A stretch of 64,000 bases of DNA from an uncultured delta proteobacterium (GTDB lineage: Bacteria > Myxococcota_A > Polyangia > Fen-1088): the NCBI GenBank assembly GCA_963737265.1, contig CAVTRY010000012.1, positions 367,178 through 431,177 on the forward strand. The letters are read 5' to 3'. This document shows positions 39,398 to 52,561 of the stretch, in pieces. Each line of letters starts with the position of its first letter. Position 1 is the first letter of the stretch. Under the pieces are notes generated by a model. The model was given only the letters and a program-made list of their open reading frames with translations. It made no database searches and was not told the DNA's origin. The translations under genes were made by a program, and so were the position numbers.

Positions 39398-39852
39398 AGG
39401 TTTGCTTCGACACGTCCGTTCTCGTTCCCGCGCTTGTGTCACCCCATCCGTTCCACGCCCGAGCCTTACGCTGGGTGCAGGCGGCTGCCAGCGACGAAAT
39501 CCAGGGGGTCATGGCCTGGCACGCAGTGGCCGAGACGTGGTCGGTACTTACGCGCCTTCCAGTTTCTCCTCCCGTCGGTGCGCGCGCGGCCGAGCAGATG
39601 GTCGAGCGGTTGACCGAGCATATCCGGCCCCTGGCTATGACCGCGGTTCTGTACCGACAGGCCATGCGTCGCTGCGCCGAGCGCGGCGAGCGCTCCGGTG
39701 CCATCTTCGATGCACTTCATCTGGTCGCGGCCGAGGCGTCGCAGTCGGAAGCTCTCGTCACGCTGAACCCCGCGGATTTCGAGCGGCTAGCGGCCCAGCA
39801 CGGTCCGCGCATCATCGTGCCTCCTGATCCGCCTCGGATCACGGCTGGGTGA
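39394..39852 (+). CDS. VapC PIN-domain toxin
   Basis: CFDTSVLV...AETWSVLTRLP...IFDALH...TLNPADF. Confidence 0.9.
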   Translation: MKVCFDTSVLVPALVSPHPFHARALRWVQAAASDEIQGVMAWHAVAETWSVLTRLPVSPPVGARAAEQMVERLTEHIRPLAMTAVLYRQAMRRCAERGERSGAIFDALHLVAAEASQSEALVTLNPADFERLAAQHGPRIIVPPDPPRITAG

Positions 39853-40013
39853 ATCCGTTCGGCTCCGTAGAAGGGGCCGGATCTTCGGCGGACCGAGAAG
39901 AAGGGGCCCGGATTTCTTTGTCGTGCGTCGGTCAATGCCCATGGGAATCGCCCCCCTCAAGCGGCGCGGCGGTGTGGGCCGATGAGAATGTCGGCAGAGA
40001 TGCCCAACTCCCC

Positions 40014-40326
40014 TTAGCCAAGGCGCTCGCCAAGCTCTTTCAATCCCGCACCGAGGGGGACGACGTCGATATCTCGGAAACGGTATCGCTGGTGGCCGCC
40101 GTAAAGCAACAAGCCGCGCGCCTGCGGGTAGTCGGCACAGAACAATCGCCAAGGCTTCCAGTCGGTCAGCGTGCCCAGCCAGCTCGACAAAGGTGGATTC
40201 CTTGAGCAGGTCGACGCGAAGGGCGGAGGGCAGCGCCGACCCGATCCAAGTGGACTTTCCAGTACCACGCGGGCCAAATAGAAACAGGCTCGCGGAGCCC
40301 GGGAGGCTCATCGTTCTGGCAATCAC
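40014..40326 (-). pseudogene. DUF4143 ATPase remnant (N- and C-termini joined, middle deleted)
   Basis: FLFGPRGTGKSTW...DLL fused out of frame to FCADYPQARGLLLYGG...*. Confidence 0.75.
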
Positions 40327-40582
40327 GTTGCCATTCTTACCATAAAAAAGGCATCAGCGATGCCGGAACATGGGCAGGGTTCCAAGACTCCTCAGCGCGA
40401 TCGGCGCTGAACACGGGCTGGCGATTGACTGCGCGCCGGAGCGTGTGCTGGTAGCGCACGAACGCACTTCGCGCAAGCCGCCGGCTGGGGTCGAGGTTGT
40501 CGATGCCTGGCGCTACCTGCTGGCAGCTCGGCCTCCGCGCGGCGGTCCTCACGGCTGAAAGTGAGGCTTGCCCCCTGTCGAC

Positions 40583-40730
40583 TGTGCCAGACCATCGCGA
40601 CGTTCGCCACGACAGACTCGAGAGGCTGGCGCGCTATTGAAAGTTTGCTTCGACACGTCCGTTCTCGTTCCCGCGCTTGTGTCACCCATCCGTTCCACGC
40701 CCGAGCCCTGCGCTGGGTGCAGGCGGCCGT
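40583..40730 (+). pseudogene. Near-identical duplicate of the 39341-39487 vapB/vapC junction
   Basis: Direct sequence match GTGCCAGACCATCGCGACGTTCGCC...CTGGGTGCAGGCGGC. Confidence 0.85.
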
Positions 40731-40787
40731 CAGCGGGTCAAGGTGGCTGCGCGGGGCGCGGCGATCCGGGCGCTGGCGCGGCCATGA

Positions 40788-42231
40788 CTACCCCGCCAGA
40801 TCGGTGCTTTCCGCGGACAGGACCTTGGCGCCGGAGGGCTCGCCGAAGAGGTTCGTGCTGGCGTCTTCCAGGGCTTGTTTGAGCGAATCGAGCTCGGCTT
40901 CGCTGACGCTGAGGCCGCAGTGGTAGGCGACATTGACCAGGGCCGTGCCGGCAGAGATTTCGATGCCGCCGTGGAAGCGCTCGGTTTCGCGCCATTCCCC
41001 GTGCGTGCGCTGGATGGTGACGGGATCGCCGTCTTCCTGGCAGTCGATGGACAGGCGAACGGAGGTCATCGACAGCGCTTCGGCCACGGCCTTCAGTTCG
41101 CGCCATAGGGTCCGTTCGTCGGCGCTGGCGGCCAGCCTTGCCAACCGCTTGCTGGCGTCGAAAGCGGCTTGCGCGGCGGCGGTGCGCTTGAAGTGGCCAT
41201 AGCCGAGCTTGCGGATGGCGAAGAAGCCGGCGGTGCCCATGACGAGCAAGATCAGCGCGGACTGGAGGCCGCTGGCCACGGTGAGCAGCAGGGCCATGAT
41301 GCCGAGCAGGATGCAGGTGCCGTAGAGCAGCAGGACGGCCTGTTTTTGGCTGAGGCCGAGATCGAGCAGCTTGTGGTGGATGTGGGCGCGGTCGGCGCTG
41401 AACATGGGTTGGTGGTTGATGGCGCGCCGGATCATGGCGAGCAAGGTGTCGGCGATGGGCAGGCCCAGCGCGACGATGGGGATCAGGATGGCGACGGCGG
41501 TGGACGACTTCTGGTTGGTCTGGATCGCGCCGACAGCAAGGACGTAGCCGAGGAACATGGAGCCGGTGTCGCCCATGAAGATGGAGGCGGGATTGAAGTT
41601 GTAGATAAGGAAACCGACGGTCGCGCCGCCGAGCGCGGCCATGAACAGCATCATGACGGGGTCGGCGCGGGTGGCGGCGAGCACGAAGGTGGTGACCAGG
41701 CCGAACAGACCGACGCCGGCGGCCAGACCATCGAGGCCGTCGATGAGGTTCATGGCGTTGATGACGCCCACGATCCACAGCATGGTGAAGATGAGGCTGA
41801 GCGGGCCCAGGCTGAAGACGCCGATGAAGGGCAGGGCGAGGACGTCGATGCGAAAGCCGACCCGTAAAGCGCGCCGGCGATGGCGAACTGGGCCAGGAAT
41901 TTTACCTTCGCGCCCGAGCCGCTGAATGTCGTCGTACAGGCCGAGCGCGCAGATGGCGATGCCTCCGATAAGGAAGGCGAGGGCGCGGAGCGAGTTGGCG
42001 TAGAAGATTCCGCCCACGCTGCTGGCTTCGAGAAGCAAGGGCCAAAAGCGGGGTGTAAGAACCCGCGGCAATGGCGATGCCGCCCAGGCGCGGGATGGGG
42101 CGGCCATGGATCTTGCGGGCCGCGACGTGGTCGTCGAAGAGATGGTGTTTGAGGGCGAAGCGCCGCACGAAAGGCGTCAGCAGTCCTGACACCAGGCAAG
42201 CTAGGACGAAGGCAACACCGGCTGTTCGCAT
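40788..42231 (-). CDS. wecA: WecA/MraY-family polyprenyl-phosphate sugar-1-phosphate transferase (several probable sequencing frameshifts at 41870-42065)
   Basis: ARKIH..PIPRLGG, GLYDD, NAMNLIDGLDGLA, YNFNPASIFMGDTG, DRAHIHH. Confidence 0.88.
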
Positions 42232-42444
42232 GATGACTGTATGTTTTCTCTAAAGAACGAATGGCACGACCGTCAAACGGTCTTCCCGACGAGTATGGGC
42301 AGGTAAGATACTGTTTACTTCAATAACTTTCTCGTTGTCTTGGATTTTGGCCAGCACGGGCCGGACTTCGTGATCGGCCAGATCGCGCTAGCGGCCGGCA
42401 TTATACGCGCCAGCGGGGGGCTGTGCGAGGCCCTCACCGGCCTC

Positions 42445-42959
42445 GGGTGCTTCCCTGAAATGGGGGCTGGGGCTTCACCTCGCCCCGCGCAGGTGGGATC
42501 GGAGGGAAAAACAGGGAGGAACGGAGGACCAGAGGAATCACGGGTTGGGTTGACGAGGCGGCGGAGACCCTCGCGAAGTACGGGGACGTGGAAATTGACG
42601 AGCAGGCCCACCGGCAGTCGTAGGAGCTTGAGATAGGTAATGACCTGTGCCAAGTGGACAGGAAGCAACTGCTCTACCGCCTTGACTTCGACGACCAAAC
42701 GGCCTTCCACCATGAGGTCGAGGCGATAGCCGCAGTCGAGGTCAATGCCTTTGTACTGCAGAGAAATCGCGACCTGACGTTGCGTGCGAAATCCACGCAG
42801 GCCTAGCTCGCGCGCCAGGCAGTGCTCGGAGGCCGACTCAAGCAGCCCGGGACCGAGGTGACGGTGGACTTCGATGCAGGCGGCGATAATTTGCCCAGTA
42901 AAGTCATCCTGTCTCTGTTTCTCCGTTCCTCGCTGTTCCATATCTGCGTTTTCGGCGGC
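42445..42959 (-). mobile_element. Copy B of the GxxExxY element (ORF ATG at 42941), cut off at the 42959 junction
   Basis: Collinear with copy A at offset 4183 from the first TIR base; motif reads GLLESAS (Y to S); inserted after CCCTCACCGGCCTC of a hairpin-repeat copy. Confidence 0.9.
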
Positions 42960-43496
42960 CCCTTCGTGGGAGCGGACGTCGCATTTCATCCGAGCCCCGT
43001 CGTCGCGCTGGGGCTCGACGCCGCCTGGTACGCGCCCTTCAACCGCTCGGCGGCCATGCCTCCGTCGTATCCACTCAACGAGACGAGAGACTCGGTCGAT
43101 CTGGACGTGACCGTCGCCCCCTGGCCGGCGTACCGGCCTGGCGCGCTCGAGCCCTATCTCCTCGCCGGTCTCGGGGCGCTGCAGTCCCGTCCCATCGCCG
43201 TCGTAGACCCGGCGAACAGGTCGTTCTCGTACAACACGCTCGCGGATCTCACCTTTGGAGTCGGCGTCCGCGTCTTCGCGGGAGAGCGGGTCGCGATGAC
43301 TCTCGAGCTCCGCAATCTCCTCTACTTCGAGAAGACCGAGAACCACCAGGTCGCGAACGGACCAATCGCGGGGCCGGGCGCGTCCGGCTTCGCCGACAGC
43401 CCGCGCAACCCGGCCACCTGGTACAATCCCCGCACTCACCTCACGAACGCCATCCAGCTCCGCCTCGGCGTGAGCTTCTTCGTTCTCGGAGGTTGA
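42960..43496 (+). CDS. Outer-membrane beta-barrel protein, 5' truncated at the junction
   Basis: Amphipathic strands, LEPYLLAGLG, C-terminal QLRLGVSFF. Confidence 0.7.
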   Translation, partial: PFVGADVAFHPSPVVALGLDAAWYAPFNRSAAMPPSYPLNETRDSVDLDVTVAPWPAYRPGALEPYLLAGLGALQSRPIAVVDPANRSFSYNTLADLTFGVGVRVFAGERVAMTLELRNLLYFEKTENHQVANGPIAGPGASGFADSPRNPATWYNPRTHLTNAIQLRLGVSFFVLGG

Positions 43497-43536
43497 CGGC
43501 TCCACTCAGCGAGAGAGGTTCTGACGGTCTAGGCCT

Positions 43537-44718
43537 CTACGCGATCACTCGCACTCCTCGCACGACGCGAGCCGCCTTGACGCGCGCTTCTTCGAGGCTC
43601 ACGCCGCGCGCCAGCGCCACCCCGAGGCGACGCGGCCCCCGGAGCTCCGGCTTGCCGAAGAGGCGCAGGTTCGTGTCGGGCTCGGCGAGCGCGTCGTCGT
43701 CGATCTCGTAGCGGGGGCCGTCGCTCTGCCCGTCGCCGAGGACGACGTACGACGCGCTCGGCCCGTGCTGGCGGATCGGGCCGATGGGAAGCCCCAGGAT
43801 CGCCCGCACGTGGAGCGCGAACTGCGAGAGGTCCTGCGAGATCATCGTGACCATCCCCGTATCGTGCGGGCGCGGCGAGACCTCGCTGAAGAGCACCTCG
43901 TCGCCTTTCACGAAGAGCTCGACCCCGAAGATGCCCCGTCCCCCGAGGTCGCCGGTGATGGCGCGGGCGATGCGCTCGGCCTCGCGAAAGGCCGCGTCGG
44001 ACATCGGCTGCGGCTGCCAGCTCTCGTGGTAGTCGCCGCGCACCTGCCGGTGGCCGATCGGCTCGCACAGCGACGTGCCCGCCGCGTGCCTCACGGTGAG
44101 CATGGTGATCTCGTAGTCGAAGTCGACGAACCCTTCGACGATGACCTTGCCCCCGCCCGTGCGCCCATGCTCCTGCGCGTAGGTGTACGCGAGCTCACCC
44201 TCCTCGCGATCGCGCACCACGCTCTGGCCCTTCCCCGAGGAGCTCATGATGGGCTTGACCACGCAGGGAAGCCCCACCTTCGCGAGCGCCGCGCGATATT
44301 CGTCGCGGTCCGACGCGAACGCGTAGGGCGACGTCCGCAAACCGAGCTTCTCCGCCGCGAGCCGCCGGATGCCCTCGCGGTCCATCGTGAGCCGCGCCGC
44401 CCGCGCCGTCGGGATGACCGTGACCCCTTCGGCTTCGAGATCGACCAGGGTCGGGGTGGCGATCGCCTCGAGCTCGGGCACGACGAAGTCGGGGCGTTCG
44501 GCCAGGATCACGCGCCGGAGCTCCCCCGCGTCGGTCATCGGGATGACGTGCGACCGGTGCGCGACCTGCATCGCCGGTGCCCCCGCGTACCGGTCGACCG
44601 CGATCACGGTGACGCCGAAGCGCGTGGCCTCGATCGCGACCTCTTTCCCCAGCTCTCCGGACCCGAGGAGCAGGAGCTTCGTCTCGACAGACGTGCCCGG
44701 CGTGCCGATACGAACCAT
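43537..44718 (-). CDS. purT: Formate-dependent phosphoribosylglycinamide formyltransferase
   Basis: [46 protein letters not shown]. Confidence 0.96.
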   Translation of the reverse strand: MVRIGTPGTSVETKLLLLGSGELGKEVAIEATRFGVTVIAVDRYAGAPAMQVAHRSHVIPMTDAGELRRVILAERPDFVVPELEAIATPTLVDLEAEGVTVIPTARAARLTMDREGIRRLAAEKLGLRTSPYAFASDRDEYRAALAKVGLPCVVKPIMSSSGKGQSVVRDREEGELAYTYAQEHGRTGGGKVIVEGFVDFDYEITMLTVRHAAGTSLCEPIGHRQVRGDYHESWQPQPMSDAAFREAERIARAITGDLGGRGIFGVELFVKGDEVLFSEVSPRPHDTGMVTMISQDLSQFALHVRAILGLPIGPIRQHGPSASYVVLGDGQSDGPRYEIDDDALAEPDTNLRLFGKPELRGPRRLGVALARGVSLEEARVKAARVVRGVRVIA

Positions 44719-44768
44719 GGGGACGCACCGTAGCGCCGGGCCGGCGGTTGTCGCTACTTCGCGAAGGT

Positions 44769-46091
44769 TCAGCGCTTGCTCTCGTTGGCCGCGAGGACCC
44801 GAAGCACGTTCTCGCCGAGGATCTTGCGGATGTCTCCGGCGCTGAAGCCGCGCCGCGAGAGCTCCTCGGTGATGAAGGGAAGCTTCGATACGTCGTCGAG
44901 CCCCGCCGGAGCGAGCGGGATGCCGTCGAAGTCGCTCCCGAGGCACACGTGATCGACACCCGCGACCTGCGCGATGTGTTCGATGTGGTCCACCGCGCGC
45001 GACGCGGGTACGCGCGGGAGCTGCGCCGCCAGGGCGCGGTACTTCGGGAGGAAGCCGAGCATCACCGCCTTCGGATCTCCCGGATGCTCCTTGACGAGGC
45101 CGCCGATCACTCCGCCGACGGACTTCTGCAAGGCTTGCCACTGCTCGTGCCAGGCGGCGTCGAGGAACTCTTGACCGAAGTTGACGCAGACGGCGCCGCC
45201 GTTGTCGCGCACGGCGCGCAGCATGTCGTCGGTCATGTTCCTCGGGTGGTCGCAGAGCGCGCGCGACGACGAGTGCGACGCGAGGACGGGTTTCGTCGAC
45301 GCCTTCACCGCGTCGAAGAACGTCGCGTCGGAGACGTGCGAGATGTCGACCATCATCCCCAGCTCGTTCATCGTCTTGACCACGCGCACCCCGAACGGCG
45401 TCAGACCGCGTGTCTTGCCGGCGTCGCCCGAGCTTCCGCCGAGGCGGTTCGAGTTCGACCACGTGAGCGTCATGTAGCGCGCCCCTCAATCGTAGAACTC
45501 GTGGAGACGCGCGATGAGCTTGTCGTCGGGCGCGTCCCCCAGGCCGTGCGCGCCCTCGACCCCGATGAGAAACGCGATCTTGCCGTCGGCCGCGGCGCTT
45601 CGAACCTCCGCCGCCGAACGAGCCAGGACCGCGACGCCCGCGCTACGAGAGACCAGCCGGTCGATCGCGTCGAACTGCGCGAGCGAGTACGTGTACGCCT
45701 TGTCCCCGGGGTAGAGCTCGGGAGGCACCCACACGGAGAGGAACTCGGCGTCCAGGCCGCCCGCCTGCATGCGGGGGATGTCCGTCTGCGCGTCGGGAAA
45801 CGGGCGCGTGATGTCGGCGTCCTCGAGTACCAGCCGCTGCGTGACGTCGTTGTGGGTGTCGATCACGATGGCCGAGCGATGCAGCTCGTCGGCGGCGAGC
45901 AGAGCCGCGGATGCCGAATCGGCCGGCGCGGGGCCGGCGCTCGCCGCAGCGGAGGCAGGTGCCGCCGGCGCGGGAGTCAGGGCCGTCGATGCCGCGGGCG
46001 CGCCGGTGAGGGGCGCCGGACCCTTCGCGGGGCCGCACGCCGTCGCGAGGATGACCGCGGAGATCCAGGCACGCCTCGTCGCCTTCACCAT
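44769..46091 (-). CDS. Membrane dipeptidase (M19), lipoprotein; one frameshift near 45485
   Basis: IDTHND, GVEGAH, MTLTW, VDISH, ASHS, GSDFDG. Confidence 0.88.
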
Positions 46092-46131
46092 GCCCCGGGG
46101 AGTACTTCGCCCCGTGCGCGATTGCAAAGCG

Positions 46132-47113
46132 TCACCAGCGGGGATGCACCTGCGCGCGCAGGAGCCGGTCGTAGACCTCGTGGGCGTGTGCCATCGCCGC
46201 CGGCGCGAGGGGAGGGAGCGACGACGCGGTCGCGTTGGCGCGAGCCTGATCGGGCGTCTTGGCGCCCGGGATGGCGCACGTCACCGCCGGGAACATCAGG
46301 ATCCAGCGGAGCGCGACCTGCGCCATGGGGGTCGCGCCCGCCAGCCCGCGCAGCTCCTCCACCGCGCGCATTCCCTCCTCGAGGGGCACGCCGGAGAACG
46401 TCTCGCCCACGTCGAACGACGCGCCGTCGCGGTTGAAGTTCCGGTGATCGTCGTCCGCGAACCGGGTCTCCGCCGTGAACTTGCCCGAGAGCAGCCCCGA
46501 GGCGAGAGGTACGCGCGCGATGATCCCGACCTGCGCCGCCGCCGCCTCGCGGAAGAAGGTCTCCGCCGGTCGCGGCCGGAACATGTTGAAGATGATCTGC
46601 ACGCTCTGGACGTTCGCGTGGGCGAGCGACGCTCGCGCCTCCTCGACCGTCTCGACGGACACGCCGTAAAAGCGGATCTTCCCTTCGTCGACGAGGGCGT
46701 CGAGCGCGCCGAAGACCTCCGGGCGCCCATACACCTCCGGCGGAGGGCAGTGGAGCTGGAGGAGATCGATCGCCTCGACCTGGAGGTTTCGCAGGCTACG
46801 CTCGACGAAGCCCCTGAGGTTGGGCAGGTCGTAGCCGTCCGCCGTGTGAGGGCTGAGCCTGCGGCCGGCCTTGGTCGCGATGTGGATCGTCTCCCGGCGC
46901 TCCCTTCGCAAGCGGCCCACGAGGCGCTCGCTCCGACCATCGCCATAGACGTCGGCCGTGTCGACGAAGTTCATGCCGGCGTCGACGGCGGCGTGGAGGG
47001 CGCGCATCGACTCGTCGTCGCGGACGTCGCCCCAGGTCCCGCCGATGGCCCACGCGCCGAACGAGAATCTCCGAGATCGACAGGCCCGTCCGTCCGAGCA
47101 CGCGGTAGTTCAT
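46132..47113 (-). CDS. Aldo/keto reductase; frameshift near 47062
   Basis: MNYRVLGRTG, DTADVYGDG, IDLLQLH, IPGAK. Confidence 0.88.
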
Positions 47114-47207
47114 GCCGCTCTCGTGGCACGACGGGCCCGCGACGGCTCGTCCTTTTGCGACCCGCCCAGGTCGGCCGACCGCCGCCGCGCCTGTTCGGCG
47201 CGCAGGC

Positions 47208-47885
47208 CTAGGGCTGCGCCGCGCAGATTGCCCCTGGGCCGCCGCAGGTGATGATCGCCGGAGGGCACGTGCCGCTGTCGGTGGTGACGCAGACGAACGA
47301 TGTGATGGGGACGACGTCCGTGTTCGAGAGGGGCTGCGCAACGACCCCCCCGGATCGGCAGCAGAGCTGACCCGCGCTGCAGCAGCTGCTGCCGCAGCAC
47401 GTCTCGGTCGCCTGGCACGCCGAGGCGGACGCGCGCAGGCACACGTTCTTGCCGCCGTCGTCGCCGGAATCGGGCGCGCCGCCGTTCCCACCCGAGTCGA
47501 TGCCGCTGTCCTGGGCGCCGCCGGAGCTCGAGCTCGAGGTCGCGTCGGTGCCGCCGCCGCCAGCCCCCGTGTCTCCTGCGACGGTGCTGTCGCTGCCGCC
47601 GCCTCCCGCCGCGTCGCTCGGGCCGCCGCCGGACCCGCCACCGGAGGCGCCGCTCGACCCGCGACTGGAGCCGCTGCTGCTGCTCGTGCTGCTGCTGGTG
47701 CCATCGTCTCCCGTGGCGCCGCTGCTGCTGCTGCCCGTGCCGCTGCTCCCCCCGCCCACGACGGTCGGAGGCCCGCCGGTGTTATTCGACTCCCCGAGCG
47801 TGGACGCGGTTCCGCTGCAGTTTGCCGTCGCAACGACGGCAAGCCCAAGGAGGCTCATCCGAGCCCAGTTCAACGCAAAGCGCAT
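47208..47885 (-). CDS. Secreted Cys-rich lipoprotein with Gly/Ser linker
   Basis: Signal/lipobox (ATANC), GS low-complexity tract, CC motifs. Confidence 0.65.
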   Translation of the reverse strand: MRFALNWARMSLLGLAVVATANCSGTASTLGESNNTGGPPTVVGGGSSGTGSSSSGATGDDGTSSSTSSSSGSSRGSSGASGGGSGGGPSDAAGGGGSDSTVAGDTGAGGGGTDATSSSSSGGAQDSGIDSGGNGGAPDSGDDGGKNVCLRASASACQATETCCGSSCCSAGQLCCRSGGVVAQPLSNTDVVPITSFVCVTTDSGTCPPAIITCGGPGAICAAQP

Positions 47886-47887
47886 GA

Positions 47888-50117
<2,230 letters not shown>

Positions 50118-50169
50118 GGGAGCGCGCGCCTCCCCGGCGACTCCCTCGCGTGGTACGCGTCCGGTCTCG

Positions 50170-51673
50170 ATGACGGAGGACCTCTACGACGAGCGACCGT
50201 ACACGGAGCACGCGTACGCGGAGACCCACCCGGCGCGCGTCGCCGCCGTCGCGCGTCTCGGCGGATGGCGCGCACCGCCGGTGGCGTCGGCGCGCATCCT
50301 CGAGCTCGGGTGCGCCCGCGGAGGGAACCTGTTGCCGATGGCAGCGGGGCTCCCCGAGGCGACGCTCGTCGGAGTCGACGGCTCGGTGCGGCAGATCGAC
50401 GACGCGCGCCGCATCGCGGTCGAAGCGGGGCTCGCGAACGTCACTTTCGTGCGAGCGCGCTTCGACGAGATGCAGATCGACGACGGCTCGTTCGACTACG
50501 TGATCTGCCACGGTGTGCTCTCGTGGATCCCGGAGCGCGAGCGCGCCGCGCTTCTGGCGCGCATCGCGCGCGCGCTGCGGGGCGACGGCGTCGCGTGTGT
50601 CAGCTTCAACGTGCTGCCGGGCTGGTACGACCGCCTGGCGGCGCGCGACTGGCTTCGCTTCGCGGCCTCGTCGCTCGGGCGTCCGGCGGAGGACGCCGTC
50701 GGTTCGCTCGCCTGGCTCGCCGCTCAGATCTCTCCCGAGCAGGCCGACGCGCGCCGCCGGCTCGGCGCCGTGGCCCGCCGCCTCGAGGAGACCGGCCCTG
50801 CCTACGCCGCGCACGAGTACCTGGCGCCCGAGCACCATGCACTCCTCGTGAGCGCCTTCCTCGCCGAGGCCTCCGCGGCCGGTCTCGGCTATCTCGGGGA
50901 CGCCGTCCCGGCCACGACCGCGCTCGACTTGCTCCCCGACGAGGCGCGCGAGCGAGCGCGGACTCTCGACCCCGTCGCGGCCCAGCAGCTCGTCGACTTC
51001 GTTCGCTGCACCGCGTTTCGACGCGCGCTGCTCGTGCGCGCCGATGCCGCCCGGAACGCGAAGTGGAGCGCATCGGGCCTGGATCCCGGGGCGCTTCGCA
51101 GGCTCCGCGTCGCCACCCGTCTCCGTCCGGGAGGGCCGCGCGACCCCGGTCGAGGCCAGGAGGCGTTCGAGGATGGGGAGCTCGTCGTCCAGGTCGCCGA
51201 CGCGTCGGCGCGGCGGGCGCTCCACGAGCTCGCAAGCGCGGCGCCGCGGTCGCTGGCATTCGACGACCTCGCCCATCGCAGCCTGGGGCCGGACGCGCCC
51301 GGGAGCGCGCTCCGGGCGCTCGGCTCGGAGCTCTTCGACTTGTGGCTCGCCACGGGCGCGCTCGAATCTGTACGACCACGACCTCGCGGTGCGCTCGGAG
51401 GCGGGAGAGCGTCCCGTCGCCTGCCCCGTCGCCCGGTGGCACGCGCGCCACGGGGGCGTCGTCACCAACCGTCTCCATCACGAGGTGCTCGTTCCCGACG
51501 CCGTCGTCCGGTGGGTGCTGGGACGTCTCGACGGGACGCGGACGCAGCGCGATATCGCCCGCGAAGCGCGGGCCCTCGACGCAAACGCCGCCGTGACGGA
51601 CGCCGACCTGGAGCTTCTCGTGAGCGCGTGCCTCGACCGCCTTCTGGCGTGCGGTCTCCTCGTCGACGGGTGA
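50170..51673 (+). CDS. Class I SAM methyltransferase with regulatory domain; frameshift near 51370
   Basis: ETHP, ILELGCARGGNL, FDYVICHGVLSW, SFNVLPGW, HEYL; tail VTNRLH...LDGTR. Confidence 0.8.
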
Positions 51674-51786
51674 GGCGACAAGGGGGGCGTCCGCGAGGTG
51701 CCTGCGCGCCGTCGCGCGCGATCCGCACCTCCGGCCGACTCCGCTCTGATCTCGCCGCAAACGCCGCCAACAGGCGTCCGCGCAGA

Positions 51787-52443
51787 TCAACGCGTGCGCG
51801 GCTTGCTGAACGCGCGCAGGATCTTGCTCCGCCCGTCGACGCACCAGATGCGGCCCTCCGCGTCGCCCGCGAGATCGCACACCTCGACGTCTGCGGGCAG
51901 CAGGAAGCGCGCGACGACCTGCCCCGAGGCAGGGTCGATGCGACAGAGCTCGTCCGCCGTGGAGGACCAGAGCTCGCGACCGACCCATGCGAGACCCCGG
52001 AGCGGCGCGCCGGTCTCGACGCTCGCGACCGACGTCGCATCCAGCGTCTCCACGCGCGAGAGCGCGCCGCCGGCCGAGTGAAGCACCAGGACGTCGTCGC
52101 CGACGCACTCGAGCCCCGTGATGTCGCCCAGCCGGGGCACGATCGTTCGCAGTACGAAGCCCGTTCGCTGATCGAGCTGCTGGAGGCGACCCTCGCTGTG
52201 CTGCCAGAGACATCGATCGGAGTGGGCGAGCCCACCCCGATCGGGGAACGTCTCGAGCTGGTCGACGACCCGACCGCTGTCGGGGATGAGCCGGGCGAGC
52301 CGTTCGCCCGCGGCCAGCACCAGCCGTCGCCCGTCGAAGGTGGCTCCGTGGATGACGTCGTCGACCTCCTCGACGACGTCCTGGCGTATGAGATTCGCGG
52401 TCTCCTCGCGGGTCGCTTCGCGGACTGCTTCGGTCGAGTTCAT
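51787..52443 (-). CDS. Beta-propeller protein (glutamine cyclotransferase-like)
   Basis: HGATFDG, repeated GL..G and RIDP.SG.V blades. Confidence 0.55.
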   Translation of the reverse strand: MNSTEAVREATREETANLIRQDVVEEVDDVIHGATFDGRRLVLAAGERLARLIPDSGRVVDQLETFPDRGGLAHSDRCLWQHSEGRLQQLDQRTGFVLRTIVPRLGDITGLECVGDDVLVLHSAGGALSRVETLDATSVASVETGAPLRGLAWVGRELWSSTADELCRIDPASGQVVARFLLPADVEVCDLAGDAEGRIWCVDGRSKILRAFSKPRTR

Positions 52444-52561
52444 GGCTCGCTCACTGTGCCGATTCAACAGACGCAAGCATTGGGCATGCCCGCGGCGACT
52501 CATCAACACGCAAATGGTGCTAGCGTTCTCGGACATCGGCCGATCGGGAGGAGCGAGTGAC

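Noticed and set aside
30503-40926. wecA duplicate as a DGR template/variable repeat pair
   Set aside because: Differences are not adenine-specific and no reverse transcriptase is present.
42315-43505. 396-aa ORF as an N-terminally extended GxxExxY fusion
   Set aside because: The extension is the antisense of the beta-barrel gene read across the 42959 junction; the real ATG is at 42941.
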